From positions 166,547 to 230,546 of the forward strand of contig CAXTYC010000002.1 of the NCBI GenBank assembly GCA_964248365.1: DNA of 64,000 bases, written 5' to 3'. Of this stretch, positions 53,414 to 63,243 are shown piece by piece. Numbering within the stretch: the stretch's first letter is position 1; each line of letters begins with the position of its first letter. The stretch is from an uncultured Chroococcidiopsis sp. (GTDB lineage Bacteria; Cyanobacteriota; Cyanobacteriia; Cyanobacteriales; Chroococcidiopsidaceae). The notes below the pieces were generated by a model. The model had not been told where the DNA came from, did not search any database, and worked only from the letters and a program-made list of their open reading frames with translations. The translations under genes and the position numbers were made by a program.

Positions 53414-53536
53414 AATTGGTAGTTGGTAATTGGTAGTTGGTAGTTGGGGAAAGGGGAAAGGGAAAAGGTTGAAGGATGAAGGATGAAGGATGAAGGGTAA
53501 AGGTTGAAATTTCACACTTCATACTTTTACTCGCCC

Positions 53537-54508
53537 CTAGCCCCTAGCCCCTAGCCCCTTATTATTAGCCCCTACCTGGATGCCTGTAGTGCAAAGCTGA
53601 GCTATCCACAAGTCTAAATCAGGATCGGGAATTGCTGCTCTTACCTGCTGCTGCACCTGTTGTGCAGAGTCCTCAGACGCGCACAGCCCAAATACACTAG
53701 GACCAGATCCAGACATCAACGCCCCCAAAACACCACTGTTTTGAAATGCTTGCCGCAGCTGCAATACTTGGGGATACTCTGGCAAAACTACTTTCTCTAA
53801 ATCGTTGTGAAGCTTTTGACCGATTTGCTCACCATCTTCATGAATGATAGCTTTTACAATTTCTCCAGAGTGTACGGCATGAGCGCGAGATTCCAAGCTT
53901 TTTAAGTCACTAAGGTAGGAACTACCAAACTGCTGTCGATAGGTAGAGTACGCCCAAGCTGTGGAAACGGCAAGGCTGCGATATTTGCCTAGTACTACAT
54001 ATAAATTATCCAGACTGGGGAGAGGAGAGAGTTGTTCGCCCCTCCCTGTTGCGATCACAGTTCCACCCGCTACACAAAAAGGCACATCTGACCCTAATAG
54101 GGCGGCAAGTTCTTGTAATTCTGATTGAGTTAGTCCCAGCCGCCACAATAAATCTATTCCTACTAAAACTGCTGCTGCATCTGTAGATCCTCCTGCTAAT
54201 CCAGCCGCTACAGGAATATGCTTGTCGATGGTAATTTCTACGCCACCATATTGGGCAAAAGCATTGGGAAATTGCTGCGCCATCAGGAAGGCTGCACGAT
54301 AGGCAAGGTTAGTATTGTCTGTCGGTACTTGGGGATGATCGCAGCGAACGCGAATCGTGTCAGTGCTAATTGGTTGCAGGTGTATCTGGTCGGATAAATC
54401 AATGCTTTGCAAAATCATTGCCAATTCGTGATAACCATCTGGGCGATCGCCCAGGATCTCCAAATACAGATTAATTTTGGCAGGAGCAGTTAAAGTGTAA
54501 GAACGCAT
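53537..54508 (-). CDS. ispE: 4-diphosphocytidyl-2-C-methyl-D-erythritol kinase
   Basis: APAKINL, DGYHEL, IPVAAGLAGGS, GSDVPF, MSGSGPSVF motifs. Confidence 0.97.
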   Translation of the reverse strand: MRSYTLTAPAKINLYLEILGDRPDGYHELAMILQSIDLSDQIHLQPISTDTIRVRCDHPQVPTDNTNLAYRAAFLMAQQFPNAFAQYGGVEITIDKHIPVAAGLAGGSTDAAAVLVGIDLLWRLGLTQSELQELAALLGSDVPFCVAGGTVIATGRGEQLSPLPSLDNLYVVLGKYRSLAVSTAWAYSTYRQQFGSSYLSDLKSLESRAHAVHSGEIVKAIIHEDGEQIGQKLHNDLEKVVLPEYPQVLQLRQAFQNSGVLGALMSGSGPSVFGLCASEDSAQQVQQQVRAAIPDPDLDLWIAQLCTTGIQVGANNKGLGARG

Positions 54509-54638
54509 TGCTAGGGGCTAGGGGCTAGGGGCTAGGGGCGAGAGGCGAGGGGCAAAAGGAGGCAATAGGGGGCAATAGGGGGCAATAGGAGAAATTTTAA
54601 TCCCAAGACCCCTCCAACATCTAAAATTCCTCTTGCCT

Positions 54639-55457
54639 CTAGCCTCTTGCCTCTAGCCTGTTACTGAGGGCTACCCATTGAGCAACGCCCAGTTCTTCGG
54701 CGCGGGCTTCGGGGTTTATTTCTAATTGTCTCAGTAATTGGGTGAGACGATCGCGCGAGACTATTGCTTGCAAATTATTTCGTAACATTTTGCGCTTAGC
54801 ACCAAATCCCAGCTTGACCAAAGTCTCTAAGTGTTGGGGGTTTTGGGCGGAGGTTGATATTTGGCGGGGGCGTAGGCGCACGACAGCCGAATCTACCTTG
54901 GGTGGTGGGTAAAAAGATCCTGCTGGTACGATACAAATTAGTTCACAATCTGCCAAATATTGTACTTTTACCGACAATGCCCCAAATGCTCTTGAACCAG
55001 GTCGAGCATAAAGTCTTTCTGCTACTTCTTTTTGTACCAGTAGCACGATAGAGTCGAATGGTTCGGGATTAGAGTTGGCGATCGTACCTAGCAGTTTTTC
55101 TAAAATTGGTCCTGTAATGTTGTAAGGGATATTAGCAACAACTTTGTTAGGCTTTTGGAACGCTGGAAATGGGTCAAGCAGGGAAGGTAAATCGAGTGAG
55201 AGGATATCGCCTTGTAGTAAGAGAAAATTTTCCGCCTTACCCAGTTGTTTAGCTAAAATTTGGCATAAATCACGGTCAATTTCGACAGCAACGACACAAG
55301 AGGCAAGAGGTAATAAGCGGCGAGTTAAGATGCCTGTACCAGGACCGATTTCTAGGATGCGATCGCTGTTGCTAATTTCTGCTGCCTGAACTATCTGATT
55401 TAGTGCCTTTTCGCTTTTAAGCCAGTGTTGGGCAAATTGTTTTCGAGGTTTTATCAC
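54639..55457 (-). CDS. rsmA: 16S rRNA dimethyladenosine transferase
   Basis: EIGPGTG, VANIPYNIT, QKEVAER, PPPKVDS motifs. Confidence 0.97.
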   Translation of the reverse strand: MIKPRKQFAQHWLKSEKALNQIVQAAEISNSDRILEIGPGTGILTRRLLPLASCVVAVEIDRDLCQILAKQLGKAENFLLLQGDILSLDLPSLLDPFPAFQKPNKVVANIPYNITGPILEKLLGTIANSNPEPFDSIVLLVQKEVAERLYARPGSRAFGALSVKVQYLADCELICIVPAGSFYPPPKVDSAVVRLRPRQISTSAQNPQHLETLVKLGFGAKRKMLRNNLQAIVSRDRLTQLLRQLEINPEARAEELGVAQWVALSNRLEARG

Positions 55458-55496
55458 TGATGGATTGCAATTTTTTTAGCTGCTGCTATCTTAAGA

Positions 55497-55908
55497 TTAA
55501 ACAAAAAATTCCATCTCTTCATAGGGTTGCTTTTTTGTTGCTTCTATGCGTGTCTTTAGAACGCCTGCATGAAGTTCAAGTTTATGCCCGTTCAGATCTA
55601 AGAAATAGAGCGATAACCCCTCACTTGTATTTTGTTTCCAAATTGTTGCCCCTGACTCAATAATTTTGTAGCTAAATCTTTCAAGGTCTTTAGCTGCAAC
55701 ATTCAGCCCAATATGAGTATATTCAGGTAATGTTCCCAGTTTAGTTTGCTCAGCCAAACATAAACATAGCCATAGATCGCAAGCTTGAAGATAAGCGCCT
55801 TGCTTCCACCTGGCGATTGGCTTGCATCCTAAAACTTCTGTATAAAACTTAAAGGAGCAATTCTTAATCCAACACTGACAACGTGATGTGGTTAATACCA
55901 GTAATCAT
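55497..55908 (-). pseudogene. FosA-like VOC (fosfomycin thiol transferase family) gene, disrupted near 55860
   Basis: MITGINHITLSVLD* and then, in another frame, SFKFYTEVLGCKPIARWKQGAYL...WLCL...YTHI...WKQNTSEG.SLYFLD.NGHKLELH. Confidence 0.8.
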
Positions 55909-55998
55909 TTTGGCAGTTCCTATTTCAGTTACCAGTTATCAGTTACCGCGTCTTGCTTGTGCGAGCGCTAATAACTGTAGTTAAAGCTTACTTTGATC

Positions 55999-56184
55999 TT
56001 ACTTCTTAAGTATCTTGTATCCAGTGATGGCACTTTGACCGTTAGAAAAATGCATCCACTGCCATGCCACCTCTTCATCATCGCTTAACTCGACGCTGAT
56101 GACATAGGTAGGTGTAGCTAGGTTACTCGGCTGGGGTGCGTAGACGACTCGTTTCTGATTAGCTTGTTTTTCTTTCGCACTCAT
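55999..56184 (-). CDS. Small hypothetical protein
   Basis: 61-aa ATG ORF co-oriented with the upstream operon; no recognised domain. Confidence 0.5.
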   Translation of the reverse strand: MSAKEKQANQKRVVYAPQPSNLATPTYVISVELSDDEEVAWQWMHFSNGQSAITGYKILKK

Positions 56185-56286
56185 ACAACTGTCTACAACT
56201 CTAGGAATGTAAGGAATGGGTATATGCTTGTGGCAAGTACACTCAGAGCGTGACTCGGAATTTGTGCAGCACAGATGCCATGTGTT

Positions 56287-57129
56287 CTAGCCAAGATTAG
56301 CTGCAAACCAATTTGCTGCTGCTGTTTGCAACGCCCAATAGTTTGCCCTCAAAGCCTGATTTATTTCATCTGTCGGTGGTTCGAGCTGATGCTGAAGATG
56401 GGAAAATATTTTTAGAGAAAGTCGCTCGGGATATCCGGCGCGATCGTAGTATGGACACATTGCAGCATATAGTTGTTGCACCTCGTCAGGCGCAAATATC
56501 TCATCATTACCACCATGCAAGAAAAGCATTGCTGGCAGTTGTGCGTTGGTGACAATTTCCTCTACCCGCGATAAAAAATCTATCCGTCTACTCGCTGCAA
56601 GTGAAGCTTCACTCCAGCGATATTCACAATTATTGAATTGTTCTGTAGCACGAATGGCAGATGAAATATCTTTACTAACACCAGCCAGAACAGCAGCTTT
56701 GATTGGAATTTTGCTCTCGGCTAAAGCAAGCATGGCTGCAAACCCTCCCGCTGAAAACCCAAATAGTCCAATTCCAAAATCGCTTTGAATGTCGAAGCTA
56801 CTGTATAAGGACTCAACTACATTCGGTAGTTCGCGTACAGCGCCCTCTACCACAGGTAAAAAAAGTTGCAGCAGGTAGTCTTCCCTAACTCTACGTGTGA
56901 GTTCATCAATACCACCCTCTGGCATTCTCGCGCCAAATAATGGTAATCCCAGGTAAGCTTTCCAAGCGTTAACGCCTTTTAAGGGAATTGTTTCTGATAG
57001 AGTTTGTTCGCTGTTCGGAGTGTTTAAACCATGCCAGAGGATAATCAGTGGTGCTGGCTTTTCTAGCTTTTCTGGAAATCTCAGTACAACAGGAACACCA
57101 GCAACTTCCAATGACTCGATTTGTGGCAT
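56287..57129 (-). CDS. Alpha/beta hydrolase (S9/esterase-like)
   Basis: LWHG, GFSAGG nucleophile elbow, LHGGNDE, downstream His. Confidence 0.85.
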   Translation of the reverse strand: MPQIESLEVAGVPVVLRFPEKLEKPAPLIILWHGLNTPNSEQTLSETIPLKGVNAWKAYLGLPLFGARMPEGGIDELTRRVREDYLLQLFLPVVEGAVRELPNVVESLYSSFDIQSDFGIGLFGFSAGGFAAMLALAESKIPIKAAVLAGVSKDISSAIRATEQFNNCEYRWSEASLAASRRIDFLSRVEEIVTNAQLPAMLFLHGGNDEIFAPDEVQQLYAAMCPYYDRAGYPERLSLKIFSHLQHQLEPPTDEINQALRANYWALQTAAANWFAANLG

Positions 57130-57180
57130 GATACTTATGCCTGTGATTCCACATCCAAGGTTGCTTTGTCGGTAATATAT

Positions 57181-57843
57181 TTAATCAGCTAAATAAGCTC
57201 TCACTCGCGCTTTCATCAGAGGTAGACACGCTTCAATTTCTTCCTGACTAAGCTGAGTCTTTTGCCAAGTAGGACGTGACATTAAGCGCTCAGACCAGCT
57301 ACTTAGTTTAGAATAATCATCCAAGGAAACGCCTAGACTTGGTAACATAGGTACAACAGTTCCGGCGACTATATCAGCTAGAGTGAGGCGATCGCTTCTA
57401 GAGTACGAGCGATCCATTAAACTCTCGAAAAATTCCAGCACCTTGAGTATTTGCTGCTTTGCCTGTTCGAGTTTTGGCGGGTTTTCTTCTACACAGCCCA
57501 ATACCTGACTAGTTAGCCGTATGATAGCTGGAACCAATTCATTATCTGTTACCATTTCCACCATCCGCACAGTTGCTAAATCTTTGGCATTGGTAGGCAG
57601 CATTGCAGGTGAAGGATACTTTGCCTCTAGGTAGTCCAAAATTGCTAATGATTCTATTAACCTAAAATCATCATCTACTAAAACTGGAATGTGGTGAAAG
57701 GGATTGATTGCTAAAAACTCTGATTGGAATTGATCGCCATCCAGCTTCAGTGGCACTAATTCAAATGGTATTTCCTTCTCTAGTAGCGCAATCCACACGC
57801 GGCGAGAGTTGGCAGAAATGGCAGTGTGATAAAGCTTCAGCAT
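57181..57843 (-). CDS. Glutathione S-transferase
   Basis: SANSRRV, INPFHHIPVL, ESLAILDYL, TLADI motifs. Confidence 0.93.
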   Translation of the reverse strand: MLKLYHTAISANSRRVWIALLEKEIPFELVPLKLDGDQFQSEFLAINPFHHIPVLVDDDFRLIESLAILDYLEAKYPSPAMLPTNAKDLATVRMVEMVTDNELVPAIIRLTSQVLGCVEENPPKLEQAKQQILKVLEFFESLMDRSYSRSDRLTLADIVAGTVVPMLPSLGVSLDDYSKLSSWSERLMSRPTWQKTQLSQEEIEACLPLMKARVRAYLAD

Positions 57844-57881
57844 AGAAAATTCTCTTAAACTTAAATTCTGCTTGCATGATC

Positions 57882-58235
57882 CTAAGTAGATAGCTGCTTG
57901 AATACTCCCATCGCACCGAGACGAATCGTAATAAGTTCTACATCTGTAATTGCTTTATGGGAACCGTTTTTAGTATTAGCAGGCGTGAACCAAAATGTTC
58001 CCGCTGTGCATTCTCTTCCACCAGTTTCGATAATTCCTTTGAGGACATAAACATACTCGTCACAAGGATGAAAATGTACTGGAATTACAGTTCCAGCAGG
58101 CATTCTTAATCTGTGAATCGATCCTTGTGGCACTGGTTCAGCCAGCCCAATAAATTGTGTTCCTGGTAATTGCTCGAATTCCAGCCATTGTTGAGTATTA
58201 GTGTCAATAAAAGTTTGTTCAGTCATCTTGCTCAC
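57882..58235 (-). CDS. Cupin domain protein (ChrR-like)
   Basis: PVHFHPCDEYVYVLKG and G..WFTPA....H cupin motifs. Confidence 0.88.
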   Translation of the reverse strand: MSKMTEQTFIDTNTQQWLEFEQLPGTQFIGLAEPVPQGSIHRLRMPAGTVIPVHFHPCDEYVYVLKGIIETGGRECTAGTFWFTPANTKNGSHKAITDVELITIRLGAMGVFKQLST

Positions 58236-58265
58236 TATGTATAAACGTATAGCAATCCGCCTCTA

Positions 58266-58919
58266 CTATTTGTTGTTAGTGGAGCAAGTTAAAACTTGTG
58301 GCAGTTTTTGCTGTAGTCTCACGTTCCACTCATTAATGAGATAAGAACCCAGAAAGAAGTTATCTGATTTCTCATCAGCGCCTTCGCCATAGCCAGTAGA
58401 GGTTGGTTTAACTTCTTTGTCTGTTTGCTCATAAGGATGTTTGCTAAACCGATCTGTACGAGTATAAGAAGTAGGGAAAGAAGTATTACGGGCGATCGCT
58501 AGCTTTTGATTAGGCAAAGTTGACTTGTACATAAATTGCTCATGCCAAGTCGATGCAGTACCCATTAGCTCATATACAGACCTTGCAGGCAATGTCTCTA
58601 CAACTTGGTGCTGTAGCTGAAGTTGCGTACCACCTTCGACGGCTTTTAGCGTCCAGATGACAATTGATGGCTGGTGCATCAAACTATCCTGCCAAGTATA
58701 GGAAAGACGCTTAGGCTGATCGAGTTCCAGCACTTGACAATCAATAATCCCATCTAATCCTGGTAGAGAATGAGTCCGAAATTGAAATTTGTGACCGACA
58801 CGCGGCTCAAAGTCATTTTCCATCAGCCATGCAGCCATTGCTTGACGACTGGTAAGTACTTGCCAGACTTGTTGAGGTGGGTAAGGATAAAAAATTTCGG
58901 TCTTTACTCTTCGGAACAT
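58266..58919 (-). CDS. SRPBCC (AHSA1/START-like) domain protein
   Basis: PPQQVWQVLT...W, FEPRVGHKFQF, PKRLSYTW, GGTQLQL; overlaps arsR. Confidence 0.88.
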   Translation of the reverse strand: MFRRVKTEIFYPYPPQQVWQVLTSRQAMAAWLMENDFEPRVGHKFQFRTHSLPGLDGIIDCQVLELDQPKRLSYTWQDSLMHQPSIVIWTLKAVEGGTQLQLQHQVVETLPARSVYELMGTASTWHEQFMYKSTLPNQKLAIARNTSFPTSYTRTDRFSKHPYEQTDKEVKPTSTGYGEGADEKSDNFFLGSYLINEWNVRLQQKLPQVLTCSTNNK

Positions 58920-59239
58920 GAGTTCTTCTCCATATATTCACCCAGGACATCGAGTTTCTCTTGCCAGAACTGCTCGTAATGGGAAACCCACTCGGATACT
59001 TGCTTGAGCGGTTCAGGATTTATTTGGTACAGGCGTTGTCGTCCCGATCGCCTTTGGCTAACTAAGCCAGCTTCACAAAGAACTTGCAAGTGCTGGGATA
59101 TAGCAGGCAATGACATCTCAAATGGTTGAGCAAGTTGTCCAACTGGTTGTTCGCCATCGCGCAGCCGATCCAACAGCGCTCGTCTGGTTGGATCTGCGAT
59201 CGCCTGAAAAATATCCCCACTGGCTGCGGGTCTACTCAT
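58904..59239 (-). CDS. ArsR/SmtB family transcriptional regulator
   Basis: FQAIADPTRR, SLPAISQHL.VL..AGLV, GRQRLY motifs. Confidence 0.93.
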   Translation of the reverse strand: MSRPAASGDIFQAIADPTRRALLDRLRDGEQPVGQLAQPFEMSLPAISQHLQVLCEAGLVSQRRSGRQRLYQINPEPLKQVSEWVSHYEQFWQEKLDVLGEYMEKNSCSEE

Positions 59240-59252
59240 GGCAGTATTTGTT

Positions 59253-59328
59253 ATTTAACTTTTTACTTAAATAATACAATAAATAAGCTTATGCTTAAAT
59301 GTCAAGTCTTGATTTAAATCAAGACTTG
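59253..59328. promoter_or_regulatory. Palindromic operator candidates upstream of arsR
   Basis: atttaa-ctttttac-ttaaat (59253-59272), taagc-ttat-gctta (59284-59297), perfect 26-bp palindrome caagtcttgatttaaatcaagacttg (59303-59328). Confidence 0.55.
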
Positions 59329-59445
59329 CAGCTAGTGTTGAGAAGGTTAGAAAGTTGACACGGTACGGCTCAAAACGTTTTAAGTTTGTACACACGTTGT
59401 ATACATTTTTACCCAACCTTCCAATCGCGCCTTTTGCTACGAGTA

Positions 59446-59841
59446 TTAGTGCAGAAATCGATCCAAAGCTGCCTTTAACTGTTCAATTTCAACTTCAATA
59501 TTTCCCTCTTTAGCTGCCCTGCCGATACACTCAGTTAAGTGTTCATCTAAAATCATCCTTGCTACGCGGTCTAGTGCGCCGCGAACAGCCGCAATTTGGA
59601 TCAACACGTCAGGACAGGGGCGGCTTTCTTGCACCATTGTTTTAACGCCTCGGATGTGTCCTTCAATACGAGACAGTCGATTGACAATGCTGCGTAATGA
59701 TTCTTCACTGTGAACATGAGCATGAGATGACTGTTTCCCATGAGTATGGTCACTATGGGCATGATCTGACTCATGAGTATGGGAAACGTCTGGACTGGAA
59801 ATCAATGCTGATTTTTCTGTTAATCCGTGAGTGCGGTTCAT
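59446..59841 (-). CDS. CsoR/RcnR family metal sensor with His-rich N-terminus (InrS-like)
   Basis: RLSRIEGHIRG, RPCPDVLIQIAAVRGAL, HLTEC motifs; His-rich arm. Confidence 0.9.
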   Translation of the reverse strand: MNRTHGLTEKSALISSPDVSHTHESDHAHSDHTHGKQSSHAHVHSEESLRSIVNRLSRIEGHIRGVKTMVQESRPCPDVLIQIAAVRGALDRVARMILDEHLTECIGRAAKEGNIEVEIEQLKAALDRFLH

Positions 59842-60256
59842 GCTTAATCAAATAGCTGGGGATAGATTTAGATCCTAGCCTAGAGCAATTAAGCAAAACG
59901 CAGTAGTCTGCTTAAAAGAATGTCTCAACTTCTTTGAGTGAGAAGTTTGACAAAGCTAGCAGGAGGGCGATCGGGCTGAAAGTGCCACAATAGCCCTCGA
60001 TATTTTGACACTTTGCACGGGCGATGAGCCACGCAAATTCTAGGTTCTTCTTGCCAACATAATAAGAATTGGTTTTTACCAACAAAAACAGACGGTTGAA
60101 TCACGCCTGCACGTTTTCTGCCTGAAAAACAGCAGTTCCCAAATGCCCTATGGTACTGAGCGCTATGCAAGAGGTCTGTTGATACTAGCTGCGGCGCAGG
60201 TCGGTGTTGCAACAACTTTTGGAATAGGAGGAAGCGCGAAGCAAAACTTTTAGTGG

Positions 60257-61830
60257 CTAACTTCGTGCAGCTATTTTTGAAGTGACTAAGCGCGCCGATT
60301 CCAAAGCACCAGCCATCCATCCTGCCAGGTAGCTTAAATGCTCCCCAGCTAAGTAGATATTGCCATCAGGCTCATTCACTCTGGGATAGTACTGCTGTCG
60401 GGTTTGGCTGGTGTATTTTGACCAACCACCCAGATTTTCGGGGATTTTTGAGCAAAAAACAGAAACCCCGTGCTCAAAATGGTTATTATACTCAGGGTGA
60501 ATCTTGCTGCCTTGTTCTAACACTAAGGATATGCGCTGATCAAAAGGCAGATTTCCAATTGCGATCGCGTCTTGTTCAGAGTAAAAGCCCTCGTAAGCAT
60601 AGTTATAGCCGCTAACTAAAACTCCCTTGTTAGAAAGATAACCGTAAGATGGATACCAAATCTGATTAATGGTCAGGTTGGTATAAGTAATACCGCTATA
60701 GATGTCCTCGTCCTCCTCCCAAAAACGGCGGTTGAACTGCAAGCCAGTCTTACCCGCCTGATAATAGTCAACATTGGCAATTGCTTGTTGCATATCGGGG
60801 GAGAAGTCAGACGGGATATTTCTAAGCACAGTTAGTGGAATCGTGCAGATGCAGTAGCCACCTATTGCGTATTGCGTATTGCCCGATTTATCTGCATACA
60901 CAATGCGAACCCCATCAGGTGTCTTGCGAATCTCCTTAACCTCGGCATTGAAAGTAATTCTATTGCCAAGTTGACGTTCAAAAGCCTTAGCTATTTGGTC
61001 TATACCGCCAACAGGTTGGAACATTGTCATTTGATCGTCCCATTCCCATTCAGCGACTTCATATTTAGCGAATCCTAATTGAATTAAGGGGCTAAGGTCG
61101 TATGGATCTGCTACTTCACCCTCTTGGTCGCCAGCGCTTGGTGGGACAGTATAACCCCGTCGGCTCGAACCCTTGTAAAACAGATCCGGATCTAAGTCTC
61201 CATAAGTCTTGAGAAACTCAACTAGTTTCTTTTTGTCTTGGGCTGTCAAGGGTGCATTAAGTGCATTAGAATCTACTGCTTTAGCCAGCAGTTCTGATAT
61301 ATAGCCGCGCATATCGGTGATTGCTTCGCGGGCATGAACTTTGCGACCGGACAAGGAACCTGCATTTTCCTGATAGTAGTATTGTTGGCGACTAAGATTG
61401 ACAAAAACTTCTATGGGAACGCCCAGTTCCTTACAGTAGTCTATGGTGAGGTGATGGTAGGGAATGCGAGCCAAACCTGCATTAAAGTACAAGTCACAGT
61501 CGAATTGAACTGTTTGAGTCTGACCGTCAATTTCAGTAAATGAATCTCCACCTCGCAGTGTCCAGCAACGACCGCCAGAGCGATCGCGTGCTTCTAAAAT
61601 TTGGCAATCGTAACCAACGCCCAACTCATAAGCCGAACACATTCCCGCCAAGCCAGCACCTAAAATAATGATGCGTTTGTTCGTATTCGTTGGTTATAGC
61701 CCAATGGAACCCGCCCCGATGGACTATCCTGTGCAGTTGCAGGTTTGTCCAACAAGTCCAATGCCTTCATTGCAGCATATACCGAACCAGCCGACGCAGC
61801 GACGGCGGTGATGAAATCTCTTCTGTTCAT
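60257..61830 (-). pseudogene. Tat-exported flavin monoamine/L-amino acid oxidase, frameshifted near 61660-61700
   Basis: ATG 61830 MNRRDFITAVAA (twin-Arg) is in a different frame from IIILGAGLAGM (GxGxxG), EARDRSGGR and AGEH; the downstream frame is closed by TAA at 61694-61696. Confidence 0.82.
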
Positions 61831-61881
61831 ACCTACTCTTTAACTATTTAGTGATGAAGAGGATGTATTGCACAAACATCC

Positions 61882-61923
61882 CCCGCTGTGAAATGCCCGC
61901 TGTGAAATGCCCATTGTGAAATG
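61882..61923. repeat. 3 x 14-bp tandem direct repeat
   Basis: cccgctgtgaaatg x2 followed by cccattgtgaaatg. Confidence 0.9.
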
Positions 61924-62332
61924 TATTTGTAGCGAGTCGAGCGCAATTGGTCAGTGTCAAGTCTTTAAAAATAAAGAATATGGTTAGCTCATGTGCGCTT
62001 GTTGGGAGTACGCGATCGCGATCGCAGATCCTATATCTTGTTTCTCACTTACAAAATTGGAAACTACAGATGCACATAGATATACATAGCTATCATTTTT
62101 CTTGCCTCAAAAAAATAACATGATCAAAATTACTGCATATTGAATTACTTGATAATAGTTTTTTTTTCGATTTTCAGTAAAATTTGCTCAATCTTGCGCT
62201 CTACATAAACAAGAAAATTACTATAAAAAAGCTAGTAACAAAATTACCAATATTAATTAAAAATGCATTTTTACTATAAAGAATCTGCTTGTGTTTTGGA
62301 CAAGTGTATTTTTTATTAGTAAAAAATACCAC

Positions 62333-62580
62333 TTATATAGCAATCCCATTTCAGATATGAAATACCGTGTAGGGGTTGTCATTAATCGTAGCAAAGGTTT
62401 AGCAGACACTCAATTGAGCAACAGAGAACCCAGATAAAACCCTGCGTACAGAAGTATGTAGTCTATGAAGGAAAGTCAGAATTGATGATTTTTCCGAGTC
62501 CCTTTTCCTTGAGCTAGTAACAGGTATTGAGTAACTGATACCTGGGAAGATTTCACAAATCCAAGTGCTTTGCTATATAA
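62333..62580. mobile_element. ~248-bp MITE-like element
   Basis: Perfect 11-bp terminal inverted repeats TTATATAGCAA/TTGCTATATAA extending imperfectly to ~30 bp (..tgaaat/atttca..), internal hairpins, no ORF, AT-rich flanks. Confidence 0.7.
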
Positions 62581-63243
62581 ATATACTAAATAGAAAAAAC
62601 AGCCACTCAAATTTAAGTGTATTGGTAGCTAATAATAAAAGGATGTTTTCAACTTCAGCTATGTTGAATTAATTAAACTGTAAGTTGTAAGATATCTATT
62701 ATGTATCTCAAATTACTAACATTAGTTACAGAAATTCTATCTAGAGATTAACAATATAGTTGACAAGTTACATTTATTATGAATAGGAAAAACACGATTA
62801 CACTTTTCTCTTCGTACTATGTCACCACCTAACATACTGGGTTTAATTTAAAACAAAGAATTCGTAAACGGGGATTAGCTGTAGACCACACAACAATAGC
62901 TTGATTTGATATTGTTGGTTCTTTACCTTTGGGTCTTGATTACGAACATGGTTTAACGCTCTACCTATTAGCGCCATAATAAATAACGTATGGCACACAG
63001 CCGTCACGCTAACTACTGGGTGTTTTAGACGCATAGCACTAGCTAGCGATCACAAAAGGCAAATTCTGTCAACAGAGATTGTGGTTGATCAAGAATCATT
63101 TGTCATTGGTTATTAGGCATTTATCATTTTTTAAACGACGAAAAACAAAGGGCAAAGAACGGACAGCACAGTTATATTTATTTACATCCAGTTACTTTTA
63201 CTTTTGTTTCTCCAACATCTAGGCTGATTGAATGAATGATTTT

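Noticed and set aside
59925..60320. 131-aa ORF downstream of the amine oxidase
   Set aside because: Overlaps the oxidase 3' end and has no recognisable domain; the region remains unexplained and may be a gene remnant
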